From: an uncultured bacterium
GTDB lineage: Bacteria > Fermentibacterota > Fermentibacteria > Fermentibacterales > JCC-6
DNA length: 53,307 nt
Assembly (NCBI GenBank): GCA_964598645.1
Contig: CAZRCS010000001.1
Span: 1 to 53,307 of the forward strand
Direction of reading: 5' to 3'
In this document: piece by piece, positions 42,051 through 52,145 of the stretch
Layout of the letters: every line of letters starts with the position of its first letter
Numbering within the stretch: the stretch's first letter is position 1
Notes under the pieces: model-generated
What the model saw: only the letters and a program-made list of their open reading frames with translations
The model's database searches: none
Told to the model about the DNA's origin: nothing
Program-made: the position numbers and the translations under genes

Positions 42051-42588
42051 AGAGGATAATATCCACAGCGGAGACCAGAGATTCTGTAACGTAGTCAGGT
42101 TCCGGCCTTTTTTCGGCCCTTATCTTTTCAAGCTGCGAAACGCCTCTGCCTGTTAGAACGAGAATTGTGGAAAGTCCTGATCGCCTTCCAAGCTCCATAT
42201 CGCTGTCGGCATCACCCACCATCCAGCCGCCCCTGGGAAGGCCTTTATCCCTGCGTGCCTTATCTATCATTCCTGTTTCCGGTTTCCTGCATCCACACCC
42301 CTCGGAAGGGTGGTGGGGGCAGAAGAGAACGGCTTCCACATGGGCGCCGGCCGCTTTAAATGCAGCAAACATCAGCGAATGAATTGCTTCAACGTCATTT
42401 GCGGTATAGTAACCACGGGCAATACCGGACTGATTGGTGACCACAACAACAGGGTGGCCTGCTCTGTGCAGCCTTGCCACGGACTCCACCGCCCCGGGAA
42501 AAGGTATCCAGTGATCCGGTTTGCGAACGTAGGTGGAACGGTTCACGTTTATCACCCCGTCCCGGTCGAGATAAACCGGAGGTCTCAT
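42028..42588 (-). CDS. gmhB: D-glycero-D-manno-heptose 1,7-bisphosphate phosphatase (HAD-IIIA)
   Basis: VYLDRDGVINV, VVVTNQSGIARG, CPHHPSEGCGCRKPETGM (Zn-binding insert) and VGDADSDMELG. Confidence 0.88.
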   Translation of the reverse strand: MRPPVYLDRDGVINVNRSTYVRKPDHWIPFPGAVESVARLHRAGHPVVVVTNQSGIARGYYTANDVEAIHSLMFAAFKAAGAHVEAVLFCPHHPSEGCGCRKPETGMIDKARRDKGLPRGGWMVGDADSDMELGRRSGLSTILVLTGRGVSQLEKIRAEKRPEPDYVTESLVSAVDIILSTPLQRG

Positions 42589-43523
42589 TCTGTCATCCGC
42601 TCCCTGTGGTATTCCACAAGATCGGATAGGCCTTTTTCAAAGGGAATGGATGCTTCCCACCCAAGAATGGAGTTTGCCTTTGAGGGATCAAGGGAGACTC
42701 TGAGGATTTCCTCCGGGAGTTCGGGACCGAACGAGGGCACCAGATCGGTACCTGTAAATCCTCTTATTATCTCGTCAAGCTCCAGCACAGAACGGCCCTT
42801 TCCCCAGCCTATGTTGAATATGTCGCCAGAGGCTCGAGCATTGGTAAGGTCCATTGCAGCAGCGTTTGCCCTGGCAATGTCAAGAACGTGCACGTAGTCC
42901 CGCAGCTGCATGCCGTCGCCGTTTATTACCGGCGCTTCCCCTTTGAGGTACTTCACTGTGAAAATAGCGGTAACCCCAGCCTCACCGTAGGGGTTCTGCC
43001 GTGGACCGTAAACGTTTGGATAGCGAAGAACAGTGTAGTCCAGCCCGTAGAGATTTCTGTAGAGGAAAAGGTAGTGCTCAACGGTATGCTTGCTTATGCC
43101 GTAATGACAGATTGGATTTATGGGGTGATCTTCCCGCACTGGAATGTACTGGGGCTCTCCGTAGACCGCACCTCCGGTGGAAGCGTAGACCACCCTCTTT
43201 ACAGAACCTTTCACAGCGGCTTCAAGAAGGTTGAGAGTTCCCTTGATGTTCACATCGGCATCGAACTGAGGTTCTCTTACAGACCTGCGCACATCCATCT
43301 GAGCGGCATGGTGGCAGAGGATGTCGTAACCGCCTCCGGCAATAAGGGAAAAGGCTTCAGGAGCCCTGATATCCATCTCATGGAGTGTTACAGAGGGGGA
43401 GACGTTCCTTCTGAAACCTGTGGACAGATCATCAAGAACATGGACTGTATGCCCCTGAGAAACAAGGAAGTCCGCAATGTTGGAACCAATGAATCCCGCT
43501 CCGCCGGTTATAAGAATCCGCAA
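42585..43523 (-). CDS. NAD-dependent nucleotide-sugar epimerase/dehydratase (extended SDR)
   Basis: MRILITGGAGFIGSNIADFLVSQGHTVHVLDDLSTG and YGISKHTVEHY (YxxxK). 4-nt overlap with gmhB. Confidence 0.9.
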   Translation of the reverse strand: MRILITGGAGFIGSNIADFLVSQGHTVHVLDDLSTGFRRNVSPSVTLHEMDIRAPEAFSLIAGGGYDILCHHAAQMDVRRSVREPQFDADVNIKGTLNLLEAAVKGSVKRVVYASTGGAVYGEPQYIPVREDHPINPICHYGISKHTVEHYLFLYRNLYGLDYTVLRYPNVYGPRQNPYGEAGVTAIFTVKYLKGEAPVINGDGMQLRDYVHVLDIARANAAAMDLTNARASGDIFNIGWGKGRSVLELDEIIRGFTGTDLVPSFGPELPEEILRVSLDPSKANSILGWEASIPFEKGLSDLVEYHRERMTE

Positions 43524-43635
43524 GATAAACCTCCATGGAATAATTGTGATGTTTCACGATTCGCAAATATACAAAGATAGACCATCACTGCCCCTGTGGC
43601 TTATAATCTGACATATCTGAACCCTGGAGGTTTCA

Positions 43636-44658
43636 ATGAAGGTTGTTGTTCTGGCAGGAGGCAGATCTGCAGAGTACGAGATCAGTCTTATCTCTGCAGA
43701 ATGGGTAGCGGAAAAACTCACAGCTGCAGGCCACGAAGTAACGGAGATAATCATAGAGCGCGATGGAAGCTGGTCAGCTAAAAACTCACCGGATCTGCTT
43801 GAAATCCGTACAGGTTCAATTCCTTGGAGCATGTATTCAGGTGGTAAGCCGCTCACATTCGATGTCATATTCCCAGTTCTGCACGGTTCTTTCGGGGAAG
43901 ACGGCACCGTACAGGGTTTCTGTGTCACTGCAGGCTGGCCCTGTGCCGGAGTTCCTGTAATGGGTTCGGCCATTGCCATGGAGAAGCATACGATGAAATC
44001 CCTGGCAAATAACGCAGGTATACCCGTTGTCCCCTGGGTTCTTTTAGACGAAGATCCCGCAGCCTGTTATGACTGTCTGCAGGAAAAAATACAGTCAATG
44101 GAACTTCCCCTTTTCGTAAAACCTTCCAGACTGGGCTCCAGCGTGGGAATATCAAGGGTTGACTCACTCGAGGAACTTCCCGGGGCAGTTGCAAAGGCAG
44201 CGGAATACGACACGAAGATATTGATCGAAAAAGGGGTGGAGCAGCCAAGAGAGATAGAGGTAAGCGTCATGGGAAACGGAGCTGAAGTCATGAGTTCCAT
44301 CCCCGGCGAAGTAATTCCCGGAAGGGAATGGTACGATTTCAAGGCAAAGTATCACTGCGAGGAATCAAAACTGTCCATACCCGCTGGAATAAAAGCCTCG
44401 GATACCGAAAACATAAGAATGCTTGCTGAAAAGGTTTTCCGTCTTCTGGGGGGCATGGGTTTTGCCAGGGTGGACTTCCTGATGAACCACCGGGGAATCT
44501 GGCTCAACGAGGTTAACACCATACCGGGGTTCACAGAGATCAGCATGTTCCCTAAACTTTGGGAGGCTTCAGGTCTGGACTCTGCCGAAGTGCTTAACTA
44601 CATACTTGAAGAAACAGCCAACCGTAAGGAACACGGGCTTTGGGTGGAGGAAAAATGA
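43636..44658 (+). CDS. ddl: D-alanine--D-alanine ligase
   Basis: VVVLAGGRSAEYEISLISA, FPVLHGSFGEDGTVQG, LFVKPSRLGSSVGI and ARVDFLM..LNEVNTIPGFT. GGAGG RBS. Confidence 0.95.
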   Translation: MKVVVLAGGRSAEYEISLISAEWVAEKLTAAGHEVTEIIIERDGSWSAKNSPDLLEIRTGSIPWSMYSGGKPLTFDVIFPVLHGSFGEDGTVQGFCVTAGWPCAGVPVMGSAIAMEKHTMKSLANNAGIPVVPWVLLDEDPAACYDCLQEKIQSMELPLFVKPSRLGSSVGISRVDSLEELPGAVAKAAEYDTKILIEKGVEQPREIEVSVMGNGAEVMSSIPGEVIPGREWYDFKAKYHCEESKLSIPAGIKASDTENIRMLAEKVFRLLGGMGFARVDFLMNHRGIWLNEVNTIPGFTEISMFPKLWEASGLDSAEVLNYILEETANRKEHGLWVEEK

Positions 44659-45686
44659 GTGATTTACTCGATCTGAGAAGCGACACATTCTCGGTTCCAT
44701 GCGCAGGAATGCGGAAGGCTATTGCCGAAGCCGCAGTGGGCGACGATGTTTTTGGAGAAGACCCCACGGTAAATGCCCTGGAAAAGGAAACTGCAGAACT
44801 TCTGGGGAAAGAAGCGGGGCTTTTCGTTCCCTCGGGAACCATGGGAAACGGCCTTGGCATCCGGGTTCTCACGGAACCAGGCGACCAGGTCATCTGCGGG
44901 TCTATGAGCCATGTTTATAATTATGAAGGAGGCCAGTTCTCACTTAACTGCGCTCTTCAGATGCACAGGATCGACGAGGATCCAGACGGCATGATACCCA
45001 TAAAAGAAATCGCAGAAGCACTTTCGGTTAAAGAAGACATACACCGGGCTCCCAGAACACTGGTTGCCCTGGAGAACACCCACAACCTGCTTGGCGGAAG
45101 AATACTTCCACAGAACAAGGTAATTGAAGCCTGCAGTATTGCTTATGAGAAAGGGCTTTATACATACCTCGACGGCGCAAGGCTCTGGCACGCTTCCATT
45201 GCCTCGAAAATGCCCCTCTGTGAACTGGCGAAACCCTTCAACATGGTTTCGGTGTGCTTTTCCAAGGCCATGGGCGCTCCGGTAGGCTCAGTTCTTACAG
45301 GAACAGAACCCATGATTGAAATGGCCAGATGGTACAGGAAGAGAATGGGCGGGGGAATGCGTCAGGCAGGAATTCTAGCCTCCGCATGCAGATACGCGGT
45401 TGAGCATAATCTCCCTGTTCTTGATCTAACCCACGAATACGCGAAAAGGCTTGCAGAGGCCTTCACCGCAACAGGAAGATTCCATACCGACCTGGGGAAA
45501 GTACAGACCAACATGGTCTTTCTGCAGACGGAAACGAACAAAGCCGATGAAGCAGTGGAGCTTCTCGGAAGAATAGGAATTAAGGTACTGGCTTTGGATC
45601 CAAGTTCAGTGAGACTGGTAACCCACCTCTCGCTTGACCCGGAAAACCTGGATAAGGCCATTGAAAGAATCGCAAAGGAGTTGTGA
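44655..45686 (+). CDS. ltaE: Low-specificity L-threonine aldolase
   Basis: LDLRSDTFSVPCAGMRKAIAEAAVGDDVFGEDPTVNALE, SGTMGN, and FSKAMGAPVGS containing the PLP Lys. The ATG at 44655 overlaps the ddl stop (ATGA). Confidence 0.9.
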   Translation: MSDLLDLRSDTFSVPCAGMRKAIAEAAVGDDVFGEDPTVNALEKETAELLGKEAGLFVPSGTMGNGLGIRVLTEPGDQVICGSMSHVYNYEGGQFSLNCALQMHRIDEDPDGMIPIKEIAEALSVKEDIHRAPRTLVALENTHNLLGGRILPQNKVIEACSIAYEKGLYTYLDGARLWHASIASKMPLCELAKPFNMVSVCFSKAMGAPVGSVLTGTEPMIEMARWYRKRMGGGMRQAGILASACRYAVEHNLPVLDLTHEYAKRLAEAFTATGRFHTDLGKVQTNMVFLQTETNKADEAVELLGRIGIKVLALDPSSVRLVTHLSLDPENLDKAIERIAKEL

Positions 45687-46604
45687 ATGAAGGCTGGAAT
45701 AGCCGGAGTAGGGCACCTGGGATATCACCATGCAAGAATAATGAAAACCCTGGCTGACCAGGTGATGATACACGACACCGACCCGGAAAGGCTTAAAAAG
45801 GTTTCTGAAGAGCTGGGGATAACACCTGCAGGTTCCCTGGAAGAACTAATTGACTGGTCTGACGCCCTGGATGTTTCCTGTACCACTTCAGCCCACTATC
45901 AGGTGGCCATGAAAGCCTTGAAGAAAAAGGTTCCGGTTCTTGTTGAAAAACCCCTGGCCGCAACGGTGGCCCAGGGTGAGGAAATGGTAAACACCGCTGA
46001 AGAAAACGGTACACTCATCGCTGTGGGACACATAGAAAGGTTCAACCCTGCTATAGCTGCAGTCAAGGATATCGTGGACAGACCTATATTCATAGAGGGT
46101 CACAGAATGGCGGGGTTCAGCCCAAGATGCACGGATGTTTCTGTGGTAATGGACCTCATGATCCACGACATCGATCTGGTTTTGTGGAAATCTTCTTCTC
46201 CTGTGGCTGAGATCCATGCATCCGGGGTACCTGTGCTAACTGACACCGTTGATATATGCAATGCAAGGATTCTGTTCGAGAACGGTGCCGTAGCTAACCT
46301 CACTGCAAGCAGAATTTCCGCCGAACCCAAAAGAAAGCTCCGCTTCTTCCAGAAACACGGCTACATATCGGTGGATTTCGGTGAACGAACGGTAACCGCC
46401 CTGAAACTCCAGGGGGGAACAATACTGCCCGTTCCTGTAAACGTTGAGAGTTATGATGCCCTCACAGCTGAGCTTAACAGTTTTCTGAAAGCTGTTTCAG
46501 ACAACAGTGAACCGGCGGTTACCGGTAAAGAGGGCCTTCTGGCCCTGGAAGCAGCAGCGGCCATACTGGAAAAATCCGAACAGAGCATTCGATTCCTTCA
46601 ATGA
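45687..46604 (+). CDS. Gfo/Idh/MocA family oxidoreductase
   Basis: N-terminal Rossmann fold (MKAGIAGVGHLGYHH), VLVEKPLA and GHIERFNP. Translationally coupled to lpxB (ATGA). Confidence 0.85.
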   Translation: MKAGIAGVGHLGYHHARIMKTLADQVMIHDTDPERLKKVSEELGITPAGSLEELIDWSDALDVSCTTSAHYQVAMKALKKKVPVLVEKPLAATVAQGEEMVNTAEENGTLIAVGHIERFNPAIAAVKDIVDRPIFIEGHRMAGFSPRCTDVSVVMDLMIHDIDLVLWKSSSPVAEIHASGVPVLTDTVDICNARILFENGAVANLTASRISAEPKRKLRFFQKHGYISVDFGERTVTALKLQGGTILPVPVNVESYDALTAELNSFLKAVSDNSEPAVTGKEGLLALEAAAAILEKSEQSIRFLQ

Positions 46605-47698
46605 AGATCTTCGTCTCCGCCGGTGAACCCTCCGGCGACCAGCGGGGGGCAGAAGTCCTTGAGAAGCTTAGAGGGGCATCGGAGGGGAGTCTATCTGCCT
46701 TCGGACTCGGCGGCAGGAGGCTCAGAGATTCTGGCATGGAGATAGTCAGGGATATGTCCGAGTATGCCGTAATGGGATTTACTGAGATAGCAGCCTCCCT
46801 GAATAAGTTCCTGGCCCTTGAAAGAGATCTTGCAGATGAGGTGAAAAAGCAGAAACCGGACTTAGCACTACTGGTTGACTACCCCGGTTTCAACATGCGC
46901 CTTGGCAGAAGACTTAAAAAGTTGGGTGTCCCCGTGGTTCACTACGTCGCACCCCAGATGTGGGCCTGGGGAGGTTGGAGGGTTAAAAAGCTCAGGGCGA
47001 GTTGTGACCTTCTTCTCACCCTGTTCCAATTCGAAGAGGACTTCTTCAGAAGAAGAGGAATCAACGCAGTTTTCACAGGCCACCCACTCAAGAACAGAGT
47101 AGAGAGAAACACAGAGGACGGAGACTGCCTGGGGCTTCTTCCCGGAAGCAGAGCTCAGGAGGTAAAACACCTTCTGCCGCCTATGCTCAGGGCATTTGAA
47201 ATGCTGAGGGATAAAGGCGTTGTGAATAGAGCAATCCTGGCACTGTCCGATCACCTGAATCAAGAGATCTATCGCGGGGCAGAAGGGATTTCCGGTCTCG
47301 AGTTTGCACCTGGTTCTGAAGATGTACTGAAAGCTTCCAGAGCTGCACTGGTCTGCTCCGGTACCGCCACCCTTGAAACAGCTCTACACGAAGTACCCTT
47401 CGTAATCTGCTACAAGACAGGAAAACTCACATTCGCCCTTGCGAAACTCCTTGTAAGGGGCGTGGAGCGAATAGGAATGGCCAACATCGTTGCAGGCTGC
47501 GACGTTGCTCCGGAACTCATTCAGGGAGAAGTCACACCTGAGAATATCATCACTCGGATTACCCCTCTGCTTCAGAAGGGAAAAACCAGGGAAGATACCC
47601 TCTTCAACCTCAAAACAGTAAGAAAGAACCTTGGTGAAGACGATCCTGCAGGAAATGCCGCACGGGAAATTTTGCATTTCGCCAGGGAAAAGAAATGA
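46601..47698 (+). CDS. lpxB: Lipid-A-disaccharide synthase
   Basis: MKIFVSAGEPSGDQRGAEVL, LLVDYPGFNMRL, YVAPQMWAWGGWR and SGTATLETAL. Confidence 0.93.
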   Translation: MKIFVSAGEPSGDQRGAEVLEKLRGASEGSLSAFGLGGRRLRDSGMEIVRDMSEYAVMGFTEIAASLNKFLALERDLADEVKKQKPDLALLVDYPGFNMRLGRRLKKLGVPVVHYVAPQMWAWGGWRVKKLRASCDLLLTLFQFEEDFFRRRGINAVFTGHPLKNRVERNTEDGDCLGLLPGSRAQEVKHLLPPMLRAFEMLRDKGVVNRAILALSDHLNQEIYRGAEGISGLEFAPGSEDVLKASRAALVCSGTATLETALHEVPFVICYKTGKLTFALAKLLVRGVERIGMANIVAGCDVAPELIQGEVTPENIITRITPLLQKGKTREDTLFNLKTVRKNLGEDDPAGNAAREILHFAREKK

Positions 47699-49482
47699 AT
47701 CCCCATAGGGCTGGAACACTGGGAAGGGTAGCAGTATCCCTTCTAGGGAAAAGCTGGCGTATAAAGAAGCTAAGAGCTGACACGGGCAGTTGCGGTAATT
47801 CGGTGCTCTACGCAATCTGGCACGGCGTTCAGCTGCCGCTGATCTACACCCACAGGAACATGGGTATAAGAATAATGATCAGCAGAAGCCGGGACGGCTC
47901 ATTGGTATCTTCTCTGTGCGAGAAAATGGGTTTCAACCCGGTACGCGGTTCATCTTCCAGGGGAGGGGTTACAGCTGCAAGGGAACTTCTCGACTCTCTG
48001 AAAAACGGAAAACCCGGGGGAATAACCCCTGACGGCCCCAAGGGGCCCCCTAGAACGGCTAAAAAAGGGGTTTCACTTATTCCAAGAAGAAGCGGGGTTC
48101 CTGTGATACCCTGCGGGGCAGCTGCCTTCCCGGCGTTACATCTAAAAAGCTGGGACAGTTTCCTGATACCGCTGCCATTTGCAAAACTGACAGTTACCCA
48201 GGGCAGACCCGTACCCCCGAAATACTGCACACCTGAAACTCTCACCGCGGCCTTAAACCAGCAGCAGGCAAGGGCAGAACTTTCAGTAAGCCCAATTGCA
48301 AATGCAATGATAACCGCAATAAAGGCAGCAGGTTATCTTCTTACACCCCTGGCAAGGCTTGTTCTTCTAACCAGGAGCGGTCGGGAAAGAACTGAAAGAA
48401 TGGGGAAGGTTGCCGTAAGCAGCCAAAGGCCCGTATGGCTCCATGGAGCGAGCCTTGGGGAGATAAAGGGTCTGCTTCCTGTCATGGAGAAATTGAAACT
48501 TGCAGATACACCGTTCTTCGTAACCTGCACCACCCCTGCAGGAAGGCACTTCCTCCATGAGAAAGCTATCCCCGGATCATTCCTTCCCCTTGACCTTCCA
48601 GGACCTGTGAACAGGTTCCTGGCAGGAGTTGCACCCAGGGCCCTCATTCTAGCTGAGACCGAGTTCTGGCCCATGCTTCTACATGAAACGGCTCGCAGGG
48701 GAATACCCTCTGCAATGGTTAACGGAAGGCTTTCAAGAAAGAGTCTCAGGGGTTATGGGATCATTTCTCCGCTCTTTGCGGGAATTCTCCGGTGTTTCAG
48801 GTGCATTCTTGCAAGAAGCCCTAAGGACACTGAGCGATTCCGTAAGCTGGGCCTTAAGGCAAATTCAGCAGGTGACGGTAAGACCCATGTAGTTCCTCCA
48901 ACCCCTGAAAACAGTTGGAAAGAAAGAATAAAACCCGGGATAAACGGAATTCTGGTGGCAGGTTCCACCAGGAATGGCGAGGAGAAAATCATTCTGGAAG
49001 CAGCAAAGCTTGCTGGAATGACCCCTGTAATAGCACCCAGACACGACAAGCGAATAGATGAGATACTCAACGCCTGCAGGGAAGCAGGGATGACCCCTGA
49101 TCTCTGGACTGATGAACCGGTAAACTCCACGTGCCTCATAGTGAACACCAAGGGTGTTCTTGCGGCCCTTTACGGTCTGGCAGACGCTGCCTTCGTAGGG
49201 GGGACCCTTGTTCCCGTAGGCGGTCATAATATTCTTGAACCCCTGGCCCACGACGTTCCCGTCATTGTTGGCCCCGAGCATTACCATTTCACGGAGCTTG
49301 TTGAAAAAGCCCGTAACATTGGCATGTGCATGGTTTTCACCACCGGAGAGACAGGAGCAGATGCTTTGCATAAACTCAGGGGACAAAAGGGTACCGACTG
49401 CAGTGAGTTGTTCGAAAGCGATTTCTCTGCAATGGTTGGAAACATGCTGAAACTTCTGGAAGTGACCAATGAGAATAAGTGA
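47695..49482 (+). CDS. waaA: Fusion protein: DUF374 (lysophospholipid-acyltransferase-like) domain plus 3-deoxy-D-manno-octulosonic acid (Kdo) transferase
   Basis: The N-terminal 215 aa or so contain YAIWHGVQLPLIY..MISRSRDGSLVS..GFNPVRGSSSRGG..ITPDGPKGP (DUF374). The remainder has VWLHGASLGEIKGLLPV, ETEFWPM and GGHNILEP (WaaA/KdtA). It is a single uninterrupted ORF. Confidence 0.85.
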   Translation: MNPHRAGTLGRVAVSLLGKSWRIKKLRADTGSCGNSVLYAIWHGVQLPLIYTHRNMGIRIMISRSRDGSLVSSLCEKMGFNPVRGSSSRGGVTAARELLDSLKNGKPGGITPDGPKGPPRTAKKGVSLIPRRSGVPVIPCGAAAFPALHLKSWDSFLIPLPFAKLTVTQGRPVPPKYCTPETLTAALNQQQARAELSVSPIANAMITAIKAAGYLLTPLARLVLLTRSGRERTERMGKVAVSSQRPVWLHGASLGEIKGLLPVMEKLKLADTPFFVTCTTPAGRHFLHEKAIPGSFLPLDLPGPVNRFLAGVAPRALILAETEFWPMLLHETARRGIPSAMVNGRLSRKSLRGYGIISPLFAGILRCFRCILARSPKDTERFRKLGLKANSAGDGKTHVVPPTPENSWKERIKPGINGILVAGSTRNGEEKIILEAAKLAGMTPVIAPRHDKRIDEILNACREAGMTPDLWTDEPVNSTCLIVNTKGVLAALYGLADAAFVGGTLVPVGGHNILEPLAHDVPVIVGPEHYHFTELVEKARNIGMCMVFTTGETGADALHKLRGQKGTDCSELFESDFSAMVGNMLKLLEVTNENK

Positions 49483-50548
49483 GATCCACGAAAAGATTTC
49501 CCGCCGGGATGGCCCCTGGCTCTGGGCGGCATGGCTGCTTTTACCAGCATCCTACCTGTATATGTTCGGTGCCTGGTTAAACAGGTACCGCTATGCAAAG
49601 AATCTGGTTCCCCGCAGGGAATTCAATGCGGTGATAGTAAGCATCGGAAACATCGAGGTAGGCGGCGTGGGCAAAACCCCTGTCACAGTCAGGATCGCCA
49701 CGAAACTCTCTGACATGGGTCTGAGAACTGCTGTAATTGCAAGGAACCTGGCAGGAAAGAAACATCCACCGGTGGCCGTAAGACCGGGGCACTCATCCGG
49801 GGCCGTTCCCCTAAGCGACGAACCTGTGTTTCTGGGAAGAGCCCTGGGCAGAAAATGTCAGGTTTACGCAGGTCCAGACAAGACCGAAGCGGTGGAACGG
49901 GCAATGAGGGAGATGAAGCCTGAAATAATAATAGTGGACGATGGATTCCAGCATCACAAACTCAGAAGAGACATAGATGTGGTGGTTCTCAACGCCGACC
50001 ACCCCTTCGGTCAGGGAGGTGTTCTTCCCACGGGGACCCTGAGGGAGTCTGCAGGTGCACTGGCAGGAGCAGACTATCTCTGGATAAACGGCGTAACTTC
50101 CAACGCCCAGCTGTCCCTTGCCAAAAGGGTGATAGCCTCAAGGAACTGGAAGGCACCGTTCATATCCAGCAGCGTGGTTCCGGAAAAACCCATCAGGCAT
50201 GACGGAACAAGGGACAGAATAGGGAAAGTGGTGGCTTTCTGCGGAATAGGAAAACCCCACGGATTCCTTCATACACTTGAAAAAACAGGGTTCAGGATAG
50301 CAAAGTTCCACATATACCCAGACCACTGGCATTACCGCACAGAAGATCTTGAGAAACTGAGCAAGAGTCTCACGGTATCCGGAGCCGACTACCTTATAAC
50401 CACAGAAAAGGATGCAGCCCGGCTCGGAGAAAGTCTTATGAAAAACCTGGACATAAGAGTTCTACCTATTACTCTGACCGTAACTGATTCCTCGGCTGAG
50501 GAAGAACTACTGGGTCAAATACTGGAACTGGCAGGAGAGAGAAAATGA
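49469..50548 (+). CDS. lpxK: Tetraacyldisaccharide 4'-kinase
   Basis: VIVSIGNIEVGGVGKTPVTVRIA (P-loop), IIVDDGFQH and AFCGIGKPHGF. Confidence 0.9.
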   Translation: MRISEIHEKISRRDGPWLWAAWLLLPASYLYMFGAWLNRYRYAKNLVPRREFNAVIVSIGNIEVGGVGKTPVTVRIATKLSDMGLRTAVIARNLAGKKHPPVAVRPGHSSGAVPLSDEPVFLGRALGRKCQVYAGPDKTEAVERAMREMKPEIIIVDDGFQHHKLRRDIDVVVLNADHPFGQGGVLPTGTLRESAGALAGADYLWINGVTSNAQLSLAKRVIASRNWKAPFISSSVVPEKPIRHDGTRDRIGKVVAFCGIGKPHGFLHTLEKTGFRIAKFHIYPDHWHYRTEDLEKLSKSLTVSGADYLITTEKDAARLGESLMKNLDIRVLPITLTVTDSSAEEELLGQILELAGERK

Positions 50549-52131
50549 CCCGCAGTACAGACATACTCATAATTGGCGGAGGAATGGCAGGTCTTACCTG
50601 CGCCCTGGAAATACCCCGTAACTACAGGGTTACAATTCTCAGCAAAACCGCCCTTCCCACGGGAAGCACCTTCCTGGCCCAGGGGGGTATGGCAGCCGTA
50701 ACCTCACCGGACGACAGCTTTCAGAAGCACATGGAAGACACGCAAAAGGCTGGAGCCGGAATGGTTGACGAGGCAGTTGCCAGGGAAATAATCTCCATGG
50801 GACCTGAGCTGGTGAGTAAACTCTCCCATTGGGGAATCTCACTGGAAGGCTCAAACGGAGACGGCGGGGGAATGGAAGGGGGCCACTCTTTCAGAAGGGT
50901 TCTCCATTACTTCGACCAGACAGGCAGGTTCATCTCTGAACATCTTGCAGATCAGTGCAGACACAGAGACAACATAACCCTCCTTGAAAATGCCTTCGCC
51001 ATAAACCTGATTACCGCCTCCCGGGAAGCTCCTGAGCTTGTTCACCCAAGAAGCGACAGGTGCCTGGGTGCATACGTTCTTATCGAGAACGATGTAACCA
51101 CATTCCTGGCAAGTGAAACCGTAATTGCAACCGGAGGTGCGGGAAAGGTATACAGGTACACCTCGAACCAGGACTCTGCAACGGGAGACGGCATTGCAAT
51201 GGCTTACAGAGCCGGGCTTACGGTGAGGAACATGGAGTTTTACCAGTTTCACCCCACCTGCCTCTACCACCCTGAGAAAAGGAACTTCCTCATAACGGAA
51301 GCCCTGAGAGGTGAAGGGGCGAAACTCATAAACGATGCCGGTAAAAGATTCATGAAGTACTACGATGAAAAGCGAATGGAACTCGCTCCCAGGGATGTGG
51401 TTGCCAGGGCAATTGACAGTGAGATGAAACGATACGGAACAGACCACATGCTCCTGGACGCTACACACCTTGAAAGGGATTTCCTGGAAGAGCACTTCCC
51501 GGAGGTAACCTCAGGTGTTCTCAGTGTGGGAATAGAACCATGGAACAGACCAATACCCATAGTACCTGCCGCCCACTACTGTGTTGGAGGCGTTGTGTCA
51601 AAAACCGACGGTGAAACTGAAATGGCAGGCTTAAGGGTTATCGGTGAAGCAGCCTCCACTGGTTTTCACGGAGCGAACCGACTGGGCAGCAACAGTCTTC
51701 TGGAAGCAGGGGTTATGGGACTTCTGGCGGCAAAAGCAATGAACAGGAACCTTCCGGAACACATAGATCCCGATAAGGTTCGGGACTGGTCCTTCGGCAG
51801 GGCGGAACCGCTGCAGGAAAGTGTTCTCGTGGACCATTCCTGGGCAAGTCTCAGGAGTACCATGTGGGACTACGTTGGAATAGTCAGAACAGACAAAAGA
51901 TTGAGAAGGGCCCTGAAACTCCTCGATGTTCTGTCGGAAGAGGTGGAGGAAGACTACTGGACATTGCTGCCATCTGTGGATCAGCTCGAACTCAGGAACC
52001 TTACCACTATTGCCCGCATTATAGTAAGAAGTGCCCTTAAGAGACGTGAGAGTGTTGGTCTCCACTACCTTCTTGACTGTCCGGAACCATCGCACATTAA
52101 GACTGATACTCTGTTAAAGAAGGACAAGTAA
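50545..52131 (+). CDS. nadB: L-aspartate oxidase
   Basis: DILIIGGGMAGLTCAL, AQGGMAA, MEFYQFHPT, and GEAASTGFHGANRLGSNSLLE. Confidence 0.95.
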   Translation: MTRSTDILIIGGGMAGLTCALEIPRNYRVTILSKTALPTGSTFLAQGGMAAVTSPDDSFQKHMEDTQKAGAGMVDEAVAREIISMGPELVSKLSHWGISLEGSNGDGGGMEGGHSFRRVLHYFDQTGRFISEHLADQCRHRDNITLLENAFAINLITASREAPELVHPRSDRCLGAYVLIENDVTTFLASETVIATGGAGKVYRYTSNQDSATGDGIAMAYRAGLTVRNMEFYQFHPTCLYHPEKRNFLITEALRGEGAKLINDAGKRFMKYYDEKRMELAPRDVVARAIDSEMKRYGTDHMLLDATHLERDFLEEHFPEVTSGVLSVGIEPWNRPIPIVPAAHYCVGGVVSKTDGETEMAGLRVIGEAASTGFHGANRLGSNSLLEAGVMGLLAAKAMNRNLPEHIDPDKVRDWSFGRAEPLQESVLVDHSWASLRSTMWDYVGIVRTDKRLRRALKLLDVLSEEVEEDYWTLLPSVDQLELRNLTTIARIIVRSALKRRESVGLHYLLDCPEPSHIKTDTLLKKDK

Positions 52132-52145
52132 CCGGGAGGCTATCT

